A stretch of 64,000 nt of DNA from Eledone cirrhosa (GCA_964016885.1 OZ024741.1:185814001-185878000); one strand, 5' to 3'. Numbered from the stretch's first letter, positions 11,509 through 25,700 are shown. The notes: generated by a model not told the origin, from the letters alone. Numbers and translations are program-made.

Positions 11509-13475
11509 ATGGCTGATATAAGAGTTGGGTGTGTAAATGTACGCGGCCTGGGGATGCGCTGGAAACAAGGCAAACTCTTAAATGACCTCAGGTCGCACAG
11601 TGTGGATGTAGTAGCCATTTGCGAGTCCAGGATGCACAGCGAACGCCAGCTGGCCTCCATCTTCGACGACTTTGAGATCTACGCATCTCTCTCTGTCAGC
11701 CGGGTGGTGGGGGTGGAGTTGCCGTTTTGCTGCGGAAACACCTGGGCCTCGCAACACAGAAGGTACACCTGGACCCGGAGGGTCGACTGGTGTTCCAAGA
11801 CGGCGACAGTTGTGAAGGTGGGGCCTTCAAGATGGTGGCCGCATATGCCCAATCCGGGACACCGCGACCGGACTTTTTCAAACGTCTAGATACTTTTAGT
11901 GGGCGACAGGAATAGAATCCTGGATGCACGTTGGGACTATGTAGGGGCATGTCCCGATAGAGGGGAGTGTAACAGCCTCAAAAAGTTAATCGGCCGATTT
12001 GAACTGGCCGATAGATACCGACTAGATTTCCCGACTGTGCCACTGTGGACATGGACCAACCGGAGCGGAACATCTAGATCGTACCTAGATAGGTTTCTAG
12101 TTAGAATTAAGGATAGGGACATGTTAAGCTGTCCACAAATGTTCATGGTTGACTATTCAGATCACAAATTAGTGACCTGCATAATCAACCTTGAAAGAAT
12201 CCATAGACAAGGACCTGGCTAGTGGAAGCTGAACTTGTTACCAACAAGCAAAGCGTACAGTAGTCGAATTAGCACATTAGTTAAGCAACAGTTGACGGGG
12301 GCAATAGTCAACAACAGGTGGTGGGGCTCTCTCAAGAGAGCAATTAGATTAGAATCAATAGGATTTAGCAAGGAACTAGCACTAGATAGAGTTAAAACAA
12401 AAAAAGAACTAGTAGATAGAGTAGAAGAGGCGCTTAGGAGTGGAAACGTGGCCAGAGTGCTGGCGTCAAGAACGGCCTTAGACCAGTTCTTTGACGCGAA
12501 GCACGAAGGTTGCGTTGTCAGGAGTAAAACATGTGCTCTATGAAACGAGGGAGCCAAAGCTGTTAGCTGGGCGCGAATGACAGAGGCAAAAAGTGGAAAC
12601 AAGTCCCCTATTCGGTCTTTGAAGGACCAGGATGGACGTGTGATCCTTGGACCAGAGCGGATGTACACGGCCTTTCAGCAGCACTTTGTACGACTGTCCG
12701 GGCGCCGGGAGAGACTATGGATTTCGGTCCATACCTCGACGGTCTGTCGCGGCTCTCGGACGGGGAGGGGAGTCTTGCGAAGGGCCGATTTCAGCCGCTG
12801 AAATAGGGGACGTGCTGAGCCAATGCAGCAAACGCAAATCTCCGGGTCTTGATGGTCTGCCATACGAAATTTACGTAGCTATGCTGGACTTGTTCTACGA
12901 TCTCCTCCAGGCGGTCTACTGCAACTGGCAACAGAACGGGAGAATTCCCAGTTCTGTGACCAAGGGCGTAGTCTCACTAGTGAGGAAGGACGAAAACAAG
13001 GGAGACCACATAGGTAACTTCAGGCCTATAACTCTGCTAAATTCAGAGTTAAAGATTTTGGCCAAGGTGTTAGCGAAGAGGTTCGCGTTTGTCGTCGGGA
13101 ACCTGGTGGGAGAAGCGCAGACATGCGCAATCCCGTCCAGGTCCATCCACGACAACCTTCACCTAATGCGATACATTGTAGAGAGGGTAGGGAGTGAACC
13201 CGGATCGGTGGGTGTCTCATCAACTTGGATCAATCTAAGGCGTCCGATATTGTCGACCATCGTTAACTGGATGCGGTGCACGCAGCTGCAGGCTTCGGAC
13301 CCGTTTGCAAGGGCTGGATTGCTGCTATGCACAGCAGCAACATCTGCTCAAGGGTCAAGGTGAACGGCTACCTCTCGGAGCCGTTCCAAATCACGCCATC
13401 CATCCGACAGGGATGCCCTCTCTCCTCCCTTCTGTATGTACTGACTCTCGAGCCACTACTGCGAAAGTTGGAACT
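11509..13475 (+). pseudogene. Tx1-type ORF2 (APE endonuclease + RT), frameshifted
   Basis: NVRGL, SRSYLDRFL, SDHK (APE); KSPGLDGLPYE, FRPITLLNSELKILAKVLA, RQGCPLSSLLYVL (RT). Confidence 0.92.
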
Positions 13476-13907
13476 GTATCAATACTTATTATTTTCTATT
13501 TACAAATGCAAACAATAAATTCGCCCTATGATTATGATAGAAATATTCGTTGTATATTTGTTATTTATTATGCCCGTAAGCACAAGTAGAGAAATATATG
13601 ATATTCACAAAAAGGAGGAAAATGATATATGTTAAAGTTTTCTTCCTTATCTGCATTACATGAATATATTTCCATATAAAGGTATTTTTGATCGAAATGT
13701 TTTAATATGCTGACTCAGTAAAACATGGTTACTTTCATTGCACGTACAAATATGCGAACCGACATACATAAATAAACATTCACAGGCACTCTCATACATC
13801 CACTTCAATATGCTTATATGTGCATCTGCTCGCACGCTTATGTGTTTGTGTGTCTTTGTGCTTATTTGGTGCATGTATACATAGTGTTTACTTTTATAGA
13901 AACACAT

Positions 13908-14125
<218 letters not shown>

Positions 14126-14562
14126 TTATATAAATTTCTTTTGCATATTTAAAGATAGATTGCAGTCGAGTAAAATTGCATCTATGTAAATTACATCATA
14201 TGTCTTTCTGTGTTAACATGTGCGGCTGTAAATGTATTTATCATCATCACACGTTGCACATTCTTTTGATGGTCGCTGACCTAGATAAACAAGAGGGTAG
14301 GTGGGTGGTTAAAAGACGCACGGGGTTTAATTTAATTAGTTTTATTTATAATAAACATAATCATTATAATTCTTTCTAATTCTTGGTACATGGCCAGCAA
14401 TTTGAAAGAAAAGGAAAAGTCAATTAAACCCACCCCAGAGAGTTATTGGTACTTTATTTTATCCACCCCATATTGATAAAAAGTAAAACGAATAGTAATA
14501 AGTTATAATCCATAAATAGTTTTTGTAGAGAATCTGAGGGCACTGGACTATCAATATTAGTA

Positions 14563-14745
14563 GGCGGTGGATTGGCAGTATCGGTAGAAGGTCGGACGCC
14601 ATGCTTTCCAGCATAGTTACGTCCCTTTACGATCTGAGTTCAAATCCAGCCGAGGTTGACTTTGCCTTTCATCCTTACGGGGTCGATAAAATAAAGTACC
14701 AGTAATGCACTGGTAATTGCTGGCCTTGTGCCTAAAGTAGAAACA
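14563..14745 (+). mobile_element. SINE family A with 11-bp TSD, inserted in an older SINE
   Basis: Family A sequence; TSD AATATTAGTAG at 14553-14563 and 14746-14756; diverged SINE body follows. Confidence 0.88.
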
Positions 14746-15002
14746 AATATTAGTAGAGCGTTGGACAAGATACTTTGCCTTTCATCTTGCAGTGTCCATA
14801 AAATAAATATCACTAAGGGATTGGAGTCGTTCCAATAGAATCCACCAACACCTCATAATTGTTAGCCATGTGCCTGAATAAAAAAACAAGCATTATACCC
14901 ATAACAGTAAAGCCTGATAAGACTCATGATAATGACAACCAAGAAGGTTCTATTACTAGCACCATTACCCCTACTACTACTACTACTACTAATAATAATA
15001 AT

Positions 15003-15682
15003 AATTGTTTCTACTTTTGGCACAAGGCTAGCAATTATCCCAATGTATTACAGGTACTTCATTTCATCGACCCCGTAAGGATGAAAGTCAAAGTTAACCT
15101 CGGCGGGATTTGAACTCAGACCATAAAGGGCCGTAACTCTTTGCTGCAAAGCATGGCGTCCGACCCTCTACCGATACTGCCAATCCACCGCCCTACTACT
15201 GCTACTACTAATAATAATAATGATTTTTTATATAGGTACAAGGCAAGCAATTTGGGGGAGGGGAAAGTTGATTAAATCGACTCCAGTGTATCACTGTTGC
15301 TTTATTTTATCAACCCCTTAAGGATGAAAGGCAAAGCTAACCTCGGCGTGATTTGAACACACAACATCGTGAAGGCCTGTAACTCTATGCCACTAAGCAT
15401 CGTGTCCGACGCTCTACCGATACTGCCAATCCACTGCTTTAATTCTAATAATAAAGAAAACCTGGAAAGCGATTTCTGCAAAAGATACAGAAAATAATTG
15501 TTTCTACGTTAGGCACAAGGCCAGCAATTACCCAGTGTATTACTGGTACTTTATTTTATCGACCCCGTAAGGATGAAAGGCAAAGTTAACCTCGGCGGGA
15601 TTTGAACTCAGAATGGCAAGGGCCGTAAATCTATGCGTCAAAGCATGGCGTCCGACCCTCTACCAATACTGCCAATCCACCG
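15003..15682 (-). mobile_element. Cluster of three SINE family A copies (about 15003-15193, 15225-15438, 15499-15682)
   Basis: Reverse-complement family A sequence three times; the last copy has TSD AAAAGATACAGAAAATAAT. Confidence 0.88.
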
Positions 15683-16129
15683 TAAAAGATACAGAAAATA
15701 ATGTTGACTGGCACTGTCCATGCCCTCAATATGGCATTATCAATTTAAAATCATTACGAACATATTTACTGTTGTTTGTACTCTTGTGGCATCACTTGTA
15801 TGACAATTGATTGTAAAATATGTGTATTATCACATTTTGCTTCAGATTCCAGGTTGACACTCACTATGATTTGGGAAAGAAGCAGAATTCAAAGATAGTT
15901 TCAAATAATGATAATAGCAATAAAAATAATAATTTCTTTATTGGCCACAAATGCCGAAACACGAAGGACAATACAAAAACCGGGGAGAGTGGGATTTACA
16001 TAAAATCTAGATTAAAATGATAACAAAATACATAACAATGACATTCCGCAATAGAGCACCATCGTATGTTTTAAAAACAACATAAGAAGTCACTCCACTC
16101 ATCACCAAACTCTCCAGCCTACAGATTCA

Positions 16130-16320
16130 TGGTCAGTGTACGGTTGTTCACTCGAGCTATCCTCCAGTTCCCCGGTAATAGTAATACTTGAGATGTTTGT
16201 AGAAAGGTTTCCAGGTGCCTGAAGAAATCTGGCCTTCCAGCCTTGATAATGTCGTAGACGAACATAAATATAAAGGCTCTTCCTTCACTATATCTTACCA
16301 AATTATCGTCTGGGTCCAAT
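16130..16320 (-). mobile_element. Tx1 APE endonuclease fragment
   Basis: AGRPDFFRHLETFLQTSQVLLLPGNW is similar to the APE regions at 11.8 kb and 27.8 kb. Confidence 0.65.
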
Positions 16321-16323
16321 TAC

Positions 16324-17260
16324 AATCATAGAGAAACCTTACGTCATCAGGGAGTCTATTCTCAGTTAAGTTCCTAGGCAATGAGTGGACACAAGGAACT
16401 CATATAAAAATAATTCAATGGATGGAAAAAAGGGAGCGGGGACTAAATTCCAGGACATTGAAAAAATTCACTGCCTACTTGGTCAGTGACAAATTCGAAA
16501 GAATCAATCACGTGACACTGAGGTTAATCAGTGAGGAGTGGGATGTTATTAAGACAGGGGCCTGACCACTACCATGAACCATAGTAGTAATTTCGGCAAA
16601 TTTTTACTCAACAAATAATTTGGAGATAATTATAAAGAATTAGTATATCTACCAACATATCTATACAGATGCATACCTATGCTAGCAAATATATAGGTTT
16701 AGTCTTAGTAACTTTGTAGTTCAATGCAAGGGGATGCAGAACAATTATATGAAAGACGTAAAATAAGAGAATTATGAAAATTGACTTACTTACCTATATA
16801 TTTGCTAGCATAGGTATGCATCTGTATACATGTGTTGGTAGATATACTAATTCTATCTCCAAATTATTTGTTGAGTAAAAATTTGCCGAAATTACTACTA
16901 TGGTTCATGATAGTGGTCAGGCCCCTGTCTTAATAACATCCCACTCCTCACTGATTAACCTCAGTGTCACGTGATTGATTCTTTCGAATTTGCCACTGAC
17001 CAAGTAGGCAGTGAATTTTTTCAATGTCCTGGAATTTAGTCCCCGCTCGCTTTTTTCCATCCATTGAATTATGTTTATATGAGTTCCTTGTGTCCACGCA
17101 TTGCCTAGGAACTTAGCTGAGAATAGACTCCCTGATGACGTAAGGTTTCTCTATGATTACGTTACGTAACCATATTTATTCCCTTACAGAAACTAATTAG
17201 TTGGAGTGAAATTTTAGTAAGTCAATTTTCATAATTCTCTTATTTTACGTCTTTCATATA
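16324..17260 (+). mobile_element. Penelope-like pLTR-type inverted-duplication element carrying a hammerhead
   Basis: 16324-16698 is the reverse complement of 16792-17158; 16746-16790 is the reverse complement of 17216-17260; ends in (TA)n; ribozyme fold at 17127-17207. Confidence 0.7.
17127..17207 (+). ncRNA. Type I hammerhead ribozyme
   Basis: ACUCC-CUGAUGA-C-GUAAGG..CCUUAC-A-GAAA-CUAAUUAG-UU-GGAGU: 5-bp stem I, 6-bp stem II with extension, palindromic stem III ACUAAUUAGU. Confidence 0.8.
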
Positions 17261-19942
17261 TATGTATATGTATACATACATATATATATATATGTGTGTG
17301 TGTTTGTTTGTGTGTCTGTTTTTTTTGTTTGTGTCCTTGTGTGTGTGTTGGAACAATGATGGCAAAAAGGGGGCTAGTAGCTTACTATATTTTTAATATT
17401 ATCTTCCATTCAATATTGTTCTTTAAAAATCCCTTAAATCGGATTTACCATAGTTGTGACTCAACAACTAATACTCATATTCCTCTTTCTATACAGTAGG
17501 GAATATTCGAATTATTGGGTACATGCATAAATCTTGAAATATCAATATTTGTAGTACATGCTTTTAACTGTGATGGAAAAAGATTTGTAATTTGAGGTCG
17601 TTCTAGCACGTAGATTATCGGTCGTTGACATCTATTGATAGGTTCATATAAAGATATGTATGCAAAAATCGACCGAATCCAATAAAAATATGCCTCTAAT
17701 CAATTATTTACTAATGTTGTCGTTATTGTTGCCATTTTTGCTGTTGCTGCTGTTGTATTTATTTATTTTTTATTTTTATTTAACAAGAACAGTTTATAAA
17801 TTAGCATAGTCAATTGATCAATGAAACAAATATGCGATAATTCTAAAACCTTTTGAAATGACGGATTAATATCCTTTTCAACAAAATAAACTCTTTCGGC
17901 CCCCACCCGCTTTCCTGTCGCCACAGTGCCGGCCGCATTCCACGCCATGCTGCCCTCAACGAGGTCATTAAGCATGGCTTGGACGCTTCAGGCTTCCTTT
18001 CCCAGCTCGAGCCTTGCTGTTGGGGCTATCTCGCACAGGCCTTCTAGCTGTGACCATCCATTATCATATTTCTCATAATGATAAAGTATCCAAACTGTCT
18101 TTCATTTAAAACATCACGCCAACGAGGATATAGTGTTTATTTTTACTAATATGTCATTCCTAATTGAACAGGCCTAATACAAATTTCATTTGAATTGTGT
18201 CATCCCATATTTTATTTCATACATAATATATCTTGGAATACATCATCCAATGTCACGTCAATTATGTAAGAATGTGGTGATGAGACTTCAGATGGTTTTG
18301 TTGTAATCTTTTCAAGGTAATGTCTACTCGCAAGTTACTTTTTCAATCGATTTTAAAGCGCTGCCGTTGTTGTGTCATGAAGTTTCTGTCTTTCTGTCCG
18401 TTCCAGAAAACTCATACAGGCTCAGTCATTGAACCGTAATTTAAAGTGAATTGTTTCAAATGTTTATAGTTGTTGTTGTTGTTTTTCTGTTGCTTTACAC
18501 CAGAGTGCAACAAGCTCGTTTTCAGAAACACGGTATATTCAGTATTTGGTAAAATGATTATCTAATTAACAGTCACATATGTATATCACCATGTCACTGG
18601 GGCCGGTGGTATATTTGATTGACTGTACTTTTATTTTATTGACACTGAAAGGATGAAATACCAAAGTCGATATCATCTGACACTCTAATTATCTACGTCC
18701 CATTTCACTAAACAATTATTTCTAGCATTAGAACAAGGCCAGCAATTTGAGTGAAGGGGAATGTCAATTATATAAATCCCAGTACTTGTGTGGTACTATA
18801 TTTTAACTGACTTGGCGATATGAAAGACATTGTTGACCTTGGCGTGCTTTGAATGCAGAAACCAAAGACCCAGAACAAATACTGCAAAGCACTACTTTGA
18901 CTTTCTAAAGACACTCCCAATATATCGCAATACCTTCACTAAATATTAATCAGAACATATTATTGTTATGTCAAAAAGTTCTCAGTTGTGTGATTCCATA
19001 TTTCCCACATGGTTACTTTCCTGCAGAATGCGTTACTGAGATGTTGAAATATATTGGATATTTCAGTTCAAGGAATCAAATAATTCTATCGAGAGCAGTT
19101 TTTTATTCTTTTTGCTCAAAGACCGGAGTTTTTATGAAATTAACCTGCGATTCAATAAGCAAAATATGATCCTCCTGACGGGGGTCCCCGCATTTTTCCA
19201 AATCTGAAATTTAAGAATTCAGTAGAACCGACATGATGCCAGAAGACAATTGTCAATATTTTTTCTTTCGAAAATATGGAATTTGGAAACCAAACCCATG
19301 TATTTTGGAAGCTAAATATTTAAGTACACAGCCATAACTGCGCCTGATATCTACACTACATTTTCATTGCAAGTCGGATTCTACAGTCAAACTATCTATA
19401 CACAAAATCTGAATGAGAATCCTAGATCATAAGACTGAGAGTAACCAAGCAAGATAAAATAAATAATTATGTTTGTATTCCCAATATATTTGGCATCGAA
19501 ATCCAAGTCGTTGAAATATAGAAATTCCTATAAAGACAAATTCAGGTCAATGCTAAAGCTGTATTGACTAAGCAAATATAGATTTGTAACTCAAACGTCT
19601 AAATATATTATTTTAACCGATATGCTGTGTATGATAGGTACAGAAAACTTAAGACTACTACATTCTGCACAAACTGATATACATAAAATATTTCATAACT
19701 GAATAACCAGCTTAGAATTACATGATGAAAAGGATGGCCAATAAAATGAAATATAAAAAGAAGAGATGGTGAAGAGACTATTCAAGAAAGGCAGAAGCAA
19801 ATCAATGGAAGCCAATACATGTTCTCTCAATCTTTCAACATTAACTATAGATACGGTATATGAGACATTATACGGACACACACATACATAAGCACATAAC
19901 ACAGACACAATACATGCACACACAACACAAACACACACACAG

Positions 19943-20013
<71 letters not shown>

Positions 20014-20140
20014 TGTGTGTGTGTGTCTGTATATATATATATAAATATATATATGCACTGAATTCATAAAGAGTAATTCGATATTTTATTTAAACATGCC
20101 CCCATACCTTCATTCATAAGCTAAAGCTGAAAGAATATCT

Positions 20141-20328
20141 AATTGTTTCTACGTTTGGCACAAGGCCACCAATTACCCAGTGCATTACTGGTACTTTATT
20201 TTATCGATCCCGTAAGGATGAAAGGCAAAGTTAACCTCGGCGGGATTTGAACTCACAATGGCAAAGACCGTAACTCTATGCGTCAAAGCATGGTGTCCGA
20301 CCCTCTACCGATACTGCCAATCCACCAC
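20141..20328 (-). mobile_element. SINE family A
   Basis: Reverse-complement family A sequence. Confidence 0.88.
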
Positions 20329-20453
20329 CTTATAATGATCGCCGTTGATCTACCTTTGACTCTTTTGAATATATATATATACAATATAGATACTCAAAAG
20401 AGTCATGTCTCTCTCTCTCTTTCTATCTCTCTCTCTCCCTCCCTCTCTCTCTC

Positions 20454-20503
<50 letters not shown>

Positions 20504-21282
20504 TCTCTCTTCTTCTCTGACAATTCTTGCGCTCATAAGAGTTTATTTCTAACCCGACTTTTTGCTCTGATCGTCTTAGCAGCTGGCTGATTTACAGCTA
20601 TTTCCGTGTTTGAGATTCCTATAACTCTACGAGATGTTTACTCACACATTGCTCCAAATCATTTCTTAGTCTGTTGTTTACATATAATGAGCCATTGACT
20701 TTCTATGATGGACAGAAAACGGTGCCAGGAACAGGTAACTTTAACTCTTTAAATCTTTATCTATCTTTGTTTTTCTCTCTCGACTCTCTTTCCCACTACT
20801 GCCACTCCGACTGTCTTCTCGCCGACTGATGCTGTTACTTCACTCAGAATACGACACTGTCCCGTTTTCTCTCTGCAGCAGCCCAAAACGGACTTGTTTC
20901 TACAGTTTTCTTGTCTTGTTGTGTTTTCTCTATCTACAAGGGTCGCCGCAACAGCGATTTTGATTGTTCCTCGGGCTAGCTTTAAATATGTGATACCTCA
21001 CAACCACGCCTAACCACATGGCTGGAAGGAAGCTTATAGATTCCGACGTTATAAGTCTCTACTTTTTGTTTTTAACTTCTTCAATGTGACCGATTCTTAT
21101 TTCTCCATATCAAAAGAATCTTATGCCATACTTATCTCTCCCATCTCTAATCATATGCTATACGCTCTATTCCTATAATCCCCCCACCTCTCTCTCTTTC
21201 TCTCTATATATATCTATCTATCTATCTATCTATCAATCTATTTATCTATCTGTCTGTCTGTCTCTGGCATGCCTATATAAAA

Positions 21283-23467
21283 CTCGATGGTCTACCATAT
21301 GAGTTTTACATAGGCATGCCAGACTTGTGCTCTGGTGTCCTCGGTGCGGTGTACTGCAACTGGCAGCAGAACAGGAAGATTCCCAGTTCTGTAGGCAGAG
21401 CCGTCGTAACACTGATCAGGAAAGATGAGAAGGGGGATGAGATAAACAATTTCAGGCCCATAACTCTGCTCAACACAGAGTTAAAGATTTTGGCCAAGGT
21501 GTTAGCAGCGAGGTTGGCGCTTGTCGTCGAGAACCTGGTAGGGGAAGCGCAAACGTGTTCAATCTCGACCAGGTCCATACACGACACCTCCACCTCATGC
21601 GATACATCATAGAGTGGGTAGGGTGTAAACCTGGCTTCGGTGGGGCTCTGATCAATTTAGATCAGTCTAAGGCATTTGATAGGGTCGATCATCAATACTT
21701 GGAAGCAGTTCTCAAGGCGACCAGCTTCGGCCCCGTCTTCAGAGGCTGGATCGCTGCAGTGCACACCATGCGTTCCATATGCCAGGATGTCCTGTCTCCT
21801 CCATTATGTATGTACTGACTCTTGAGCTGTTACTGCGGTAGTAGGAGCTGTTGCAGGGCATCCCGATCGAACCAGGACTGCGGAAAGCAGCGTCGGCCAA
21901 TGCTGACGACATAACTGTAATGGTGTCGAAAATCTCGGAAATTGGGGTAATCGGCAACCTATTACAGGAATAGGAAACGTTGACAGGAACAAAAAAACCC
22001 AAACAAGTCTGTCGGTTTGCAACTCGGCACATGGAGAGGCAAACCTATGCCTTCCGACAGTATTGTTGGACGCTGGACGGAAGGACCGGAGAAATTGCTC
22101 GGGGTTTGGTTTGGTCCAGACCTCCAGGTGGACAAGAAATGAAACGGGTCACGGCGAAGGTGGGCTGAGTGCAAACTCTCCTTGAAAGGTCGAGCAGAGG
22201 TGGCGAACACTTACATAGCGTCCGTCATCTACTACCGCTTGACAGTCGTGCATTGCCCCCCCCCCCCGAATATCTTACCAAAATGGAACGCCTACTATTC
22301 AAGTTCCTCTGGAGGAAACAGGCTCCATTGGTGAGGAGATCCATCTGCTGTCAACACCCTTCTAACGGAGGGATGGGCATGCCGTGGCTGATGATGCGTA
22401 AACACGCGCTGAGGCTACGCCATCTCCATGTATTCCTGAGCGGTGAACCGGTGTGGATGTCGTTTGTGAGATGAGCTCTTCCACAACTCGTCTCACTAAT
22501 AGAGCTGCAGTCCTGGGTCAAGCGAAGATCTAAAATGGGTCCCTGGGACCTCGAGTGCCTACAGGCGCTCACAGCCCTCTACCAAGCAGAAACGGCAATC
22601 AGCGGAGACTCCACTTCGACATTCTATAGGGGGTTAGTGGAGGATAAGTTCGACGACGTTCTCGGGGAACTGACCAGTCTGTTCGGGAGGACTTTCCATC
22701 CAGGGCCTATGGATAACTTCCAGAGGTCTCTGGCCTGGCAGTGCTACCGAGGAGCTCTACCAGTTCGAGACAAAATCTACAGGCATGGACGCCCTGGCAG
22801 AGATCCTGCCAAAAGGACCTGTCCAAGATGCGAGCAGTTCATTGAAACCGTTCTGCACGCACTTGTTCAGTGCCAAGAGGTGACCGACCTGTGTAATTAT
22901 GTCGAACAGCTACTGTCATGTGTGGGACGCATCCAGTTGTCAGCCGAGTCCATCGTGAGGATCACCCCGCCGCCTTCATTTAAGAACGAAGGAGAGGCGG
23001 TTTTCCTCTATCTGGTGGCTATGGCGAAAGAGGTAATATGGTGGACGAGGTTAAAAGGACTGAGGGCAAACACCTTTCTCTCCGGACAACAACTTATCCC
23101 ATTCTTTAAGTACCACTTCAGAAGGAAGCTGAGAGTGGAGAGAGAGGTGCTACACCCCAGTAAATTCGCTGAAAGGCGGGTGAATGTGGCGAAACTGGCC
23201 CGAGTGCATGGGCCTTCTCTGTATATAAACCTGTAAGATGAGGAAGATAAACAGAGGGAAGGCAGGAACACCTACAAAGCGTGTTCCTGGAGTTAAGGGT
23301 TGTTCTATCCACGGGGTGTAAAATAACCCTATTGGGGATTTCAATTGTTATTTTATTAGATATAGTTTATTGTTATTTATTAATGTTAAAATTATTTTTA
23401 TGTAAAACCCCCGCCGTCACGTCTTGTAATGTCCCATATTTGTACGCCCCTGTGGCAAATAAAGAAA
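21283..23467 (+). mobile_element. Tx1-clade LINE, 5'-truncated, with 3' end
   Basis: RPITLLNTELKILAKVLA, LDQSKAFDRVDH, C-terminal CPRC..ETVLHALVQC zinc knuckle, 3' UTR ending AAATAAAGAAAGA; (TCTA)n-like tracts on both sides. Confidence 0.9.
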
Positions 23468-23674
23468 GATATATATATATATATATCTAGCTATCTATCT
23501 AACTATCTGCTTATCGGACCATTCTTCCGTTCATACGAGGTTATGCTTAACCTGACTTTTTGCTATGATCAACTTAGACGCTATATGTTTTTTACAGCTA
23601 TTTCTATGTTTGCAATTCTTTCAATTCTACGAATTTTTAAACACTCACCGCTCCAGTCATTTCACAGCATACCA

Positions 23675-23755
<81 letters not shown>

Positions 23756-23821
23756 GAAGTAATTCCGTCGGAAAGGTCCAGGAAAAGAGAGTGCTCTATG
23801 TAGGTTACATAGCTTAATAAT

Positions 23822-23934
23822 TATGTAATAAACAACATAAGGCAATTATCAGTGGTTTCTTAAAAGCAAACAAAGCAAAATTTGTTTGCTTTTAAGAAAC
23901 AACTGATAATTGCCTTATGTTGTTTATTACATAA
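23822..23934. repeat. Short foldback element next to (TA)n
   Basis: TATGTAATAAACAACATAAGGCAATTATCAG..TTCTTAAAAGCAAAC and its reverse complement; the same tail recurs at about 60704-60735. Confidence 0.8.
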
Positions 23935-23962
23935 CTATTATATATATATATATATATATAGT

Positions 23963-24215
23963 CAGCTCAAAAGTGACACAGAGGAGACTGAGGTTAGCTG
24001 GACATGCTCACCGACATCCAGAGTTGACATTGCACTCAGTGCTCCTTTGGGAACCCCTACATGGACTCACTAGAAGAGGAAGACCAAGGTTAACGTATGT
24101 TGATGCCCTAAGGACAGATACTGGTCTGTTGGAGACGCAGGACAAGGCAGCGATAATGAGGGACAGAGACCGCTGGAGAGAACTCGTCAATGGAGTTTTA
24201 CCCGCCTTAGAATAG
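23963..24215 (+). mobile_element. RTE-clade LINE 3' fragment
   Basis: RRLRLAGHAHR...LLWEP..G..RRGRPRLTYVD..DRDRWRELV, a typical RTE C-terminus. Confidence 0.8.
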
Positions 24216-25228
24216 AAAAAAATATATATATATAACTGATGAAGGACTATTTTTATCATATGTAACCCATGTGCAACCACGCAGTATTCTCTCTTCTTAT
24301 GTTTTTTCCCCAGCTGCGTTTGTCTGTTTCTCTCTTAACGCTTCCCCGCTCTCTCTGTTTCTCTCACCTTATTTCGCCCCTCTGTCAGTTACACTTTCCC
24401 TCGACTGGCCTCTTCCTCGCACTTCCACTCACCCACTCACTGTTTCTCCCCTTCTCACTTCCTCCCGTTTGGCTTGAAGTGGGGTCCTTTCTTGCTCACA
24501 CCTCACTCGCGTTGCACGGTCTGTAGTCTCTCGCCCATGAAATCCACACAGCTTAAGCTGATCGGACTCCCATGTGCTGGTTGTTTCCTATCTTTGCGTT
24601 GCTATCCTTCTATGTTTGTTTACATGTCTCGCTCGCTTTACGCAATTTACTTGTCCCAATAGCTTTATTTAGCTATTGCTCGCACACTAACTGGAAGTAT
24701 ATGATTTTTAAAGCGATGAAATACCAATGAAGGTTGGAAAATCACTGATGAAGGACTATTGTTATCATATGTAAACCATGAGCAACAACGCAGTATTCTC
24801 TCTTCTCATGTTATATATATATATATAAAATTATGCACATATATATGCATGCACACACTCTTGCACACGTATATATATATATATATATATATACGTGTGC
24901 AAGAGTGTGCGCATACATATATATGTGCATAATTTTATAAGTGTGTACGTGTGTGTGGATGAATGAGCGTATATTTCTGTATTTACGTAATGAGTATTTG
25001 GGGGCGTAAGATGAATAAATATATTGATAGAGAGATAGTAATTAAAATAGAAAATCAATATATACGGAAGACACGGTCAAAAGAATAATTGAAGATCTTA
25101 GCACACCGTCGATGATGAAAAGAAAGTTACTGATTAAAGAAAGTTACTTAACGATGAATGGTGTATAGACGGATAGTTATAAAGAGTCAATTGAGCAAAG
25201 GAGGGCGATCGAAAGGCAGAGGTAGTAG

Positions 25229-25309
<81 letters not shown>

Positions 25310-25392
25310 GAAGTTTTATTTAAATTGTTGGGATACAACAACCAAATATTTTATAACTGATATAAAGTACTCAACAAATTATTGGAGTAAAA

Positions 25393-25658
25393 ATACGATA
25401 TATTAACAAATGGAAACTATTTTTATAAAACCATATTTATTTCATTATACATATTTCAAGGACACCAAGTTAAATTATGGCGTGCTTTCATCAGATAAAA
25501 TGTTCGCATTCTTTAAGGGTATGTCAATATTTATTTATAAAACTGCTCTATATTATATTTTATCTGATGAAAGCACACAATAATTTAACTTGGTTTCCTT
25601 GAAATATGTATAATGAAATAAATATGGTTTTATAAATATAGTTTCCATTTGTTAATAT

Positions 25659-25664
<6 letters not shown>
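25393..25664. repeat. Foldback element whose arms each contain a hammerhead-like core
   Basis: ~108-bp inverted arms; right arm CTGATGA-AAGCAC..CCTT-GAAA-TATG-TA at 25564-25610; stem I imperfect. Confidence 0.7.

Positions 25665-25700
<36 letters not shown>

Larger units (their letters stand above)
9630..13475 (+). mobile_element. Tx1-clade LINE, 3'-truncated, decayed
   Basis: ORF1 remnant with CCHC knuckle, then ORF2 with APE endonuclease and RT; begins right after a (TCTA)n tract. Confidence 0.85.
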
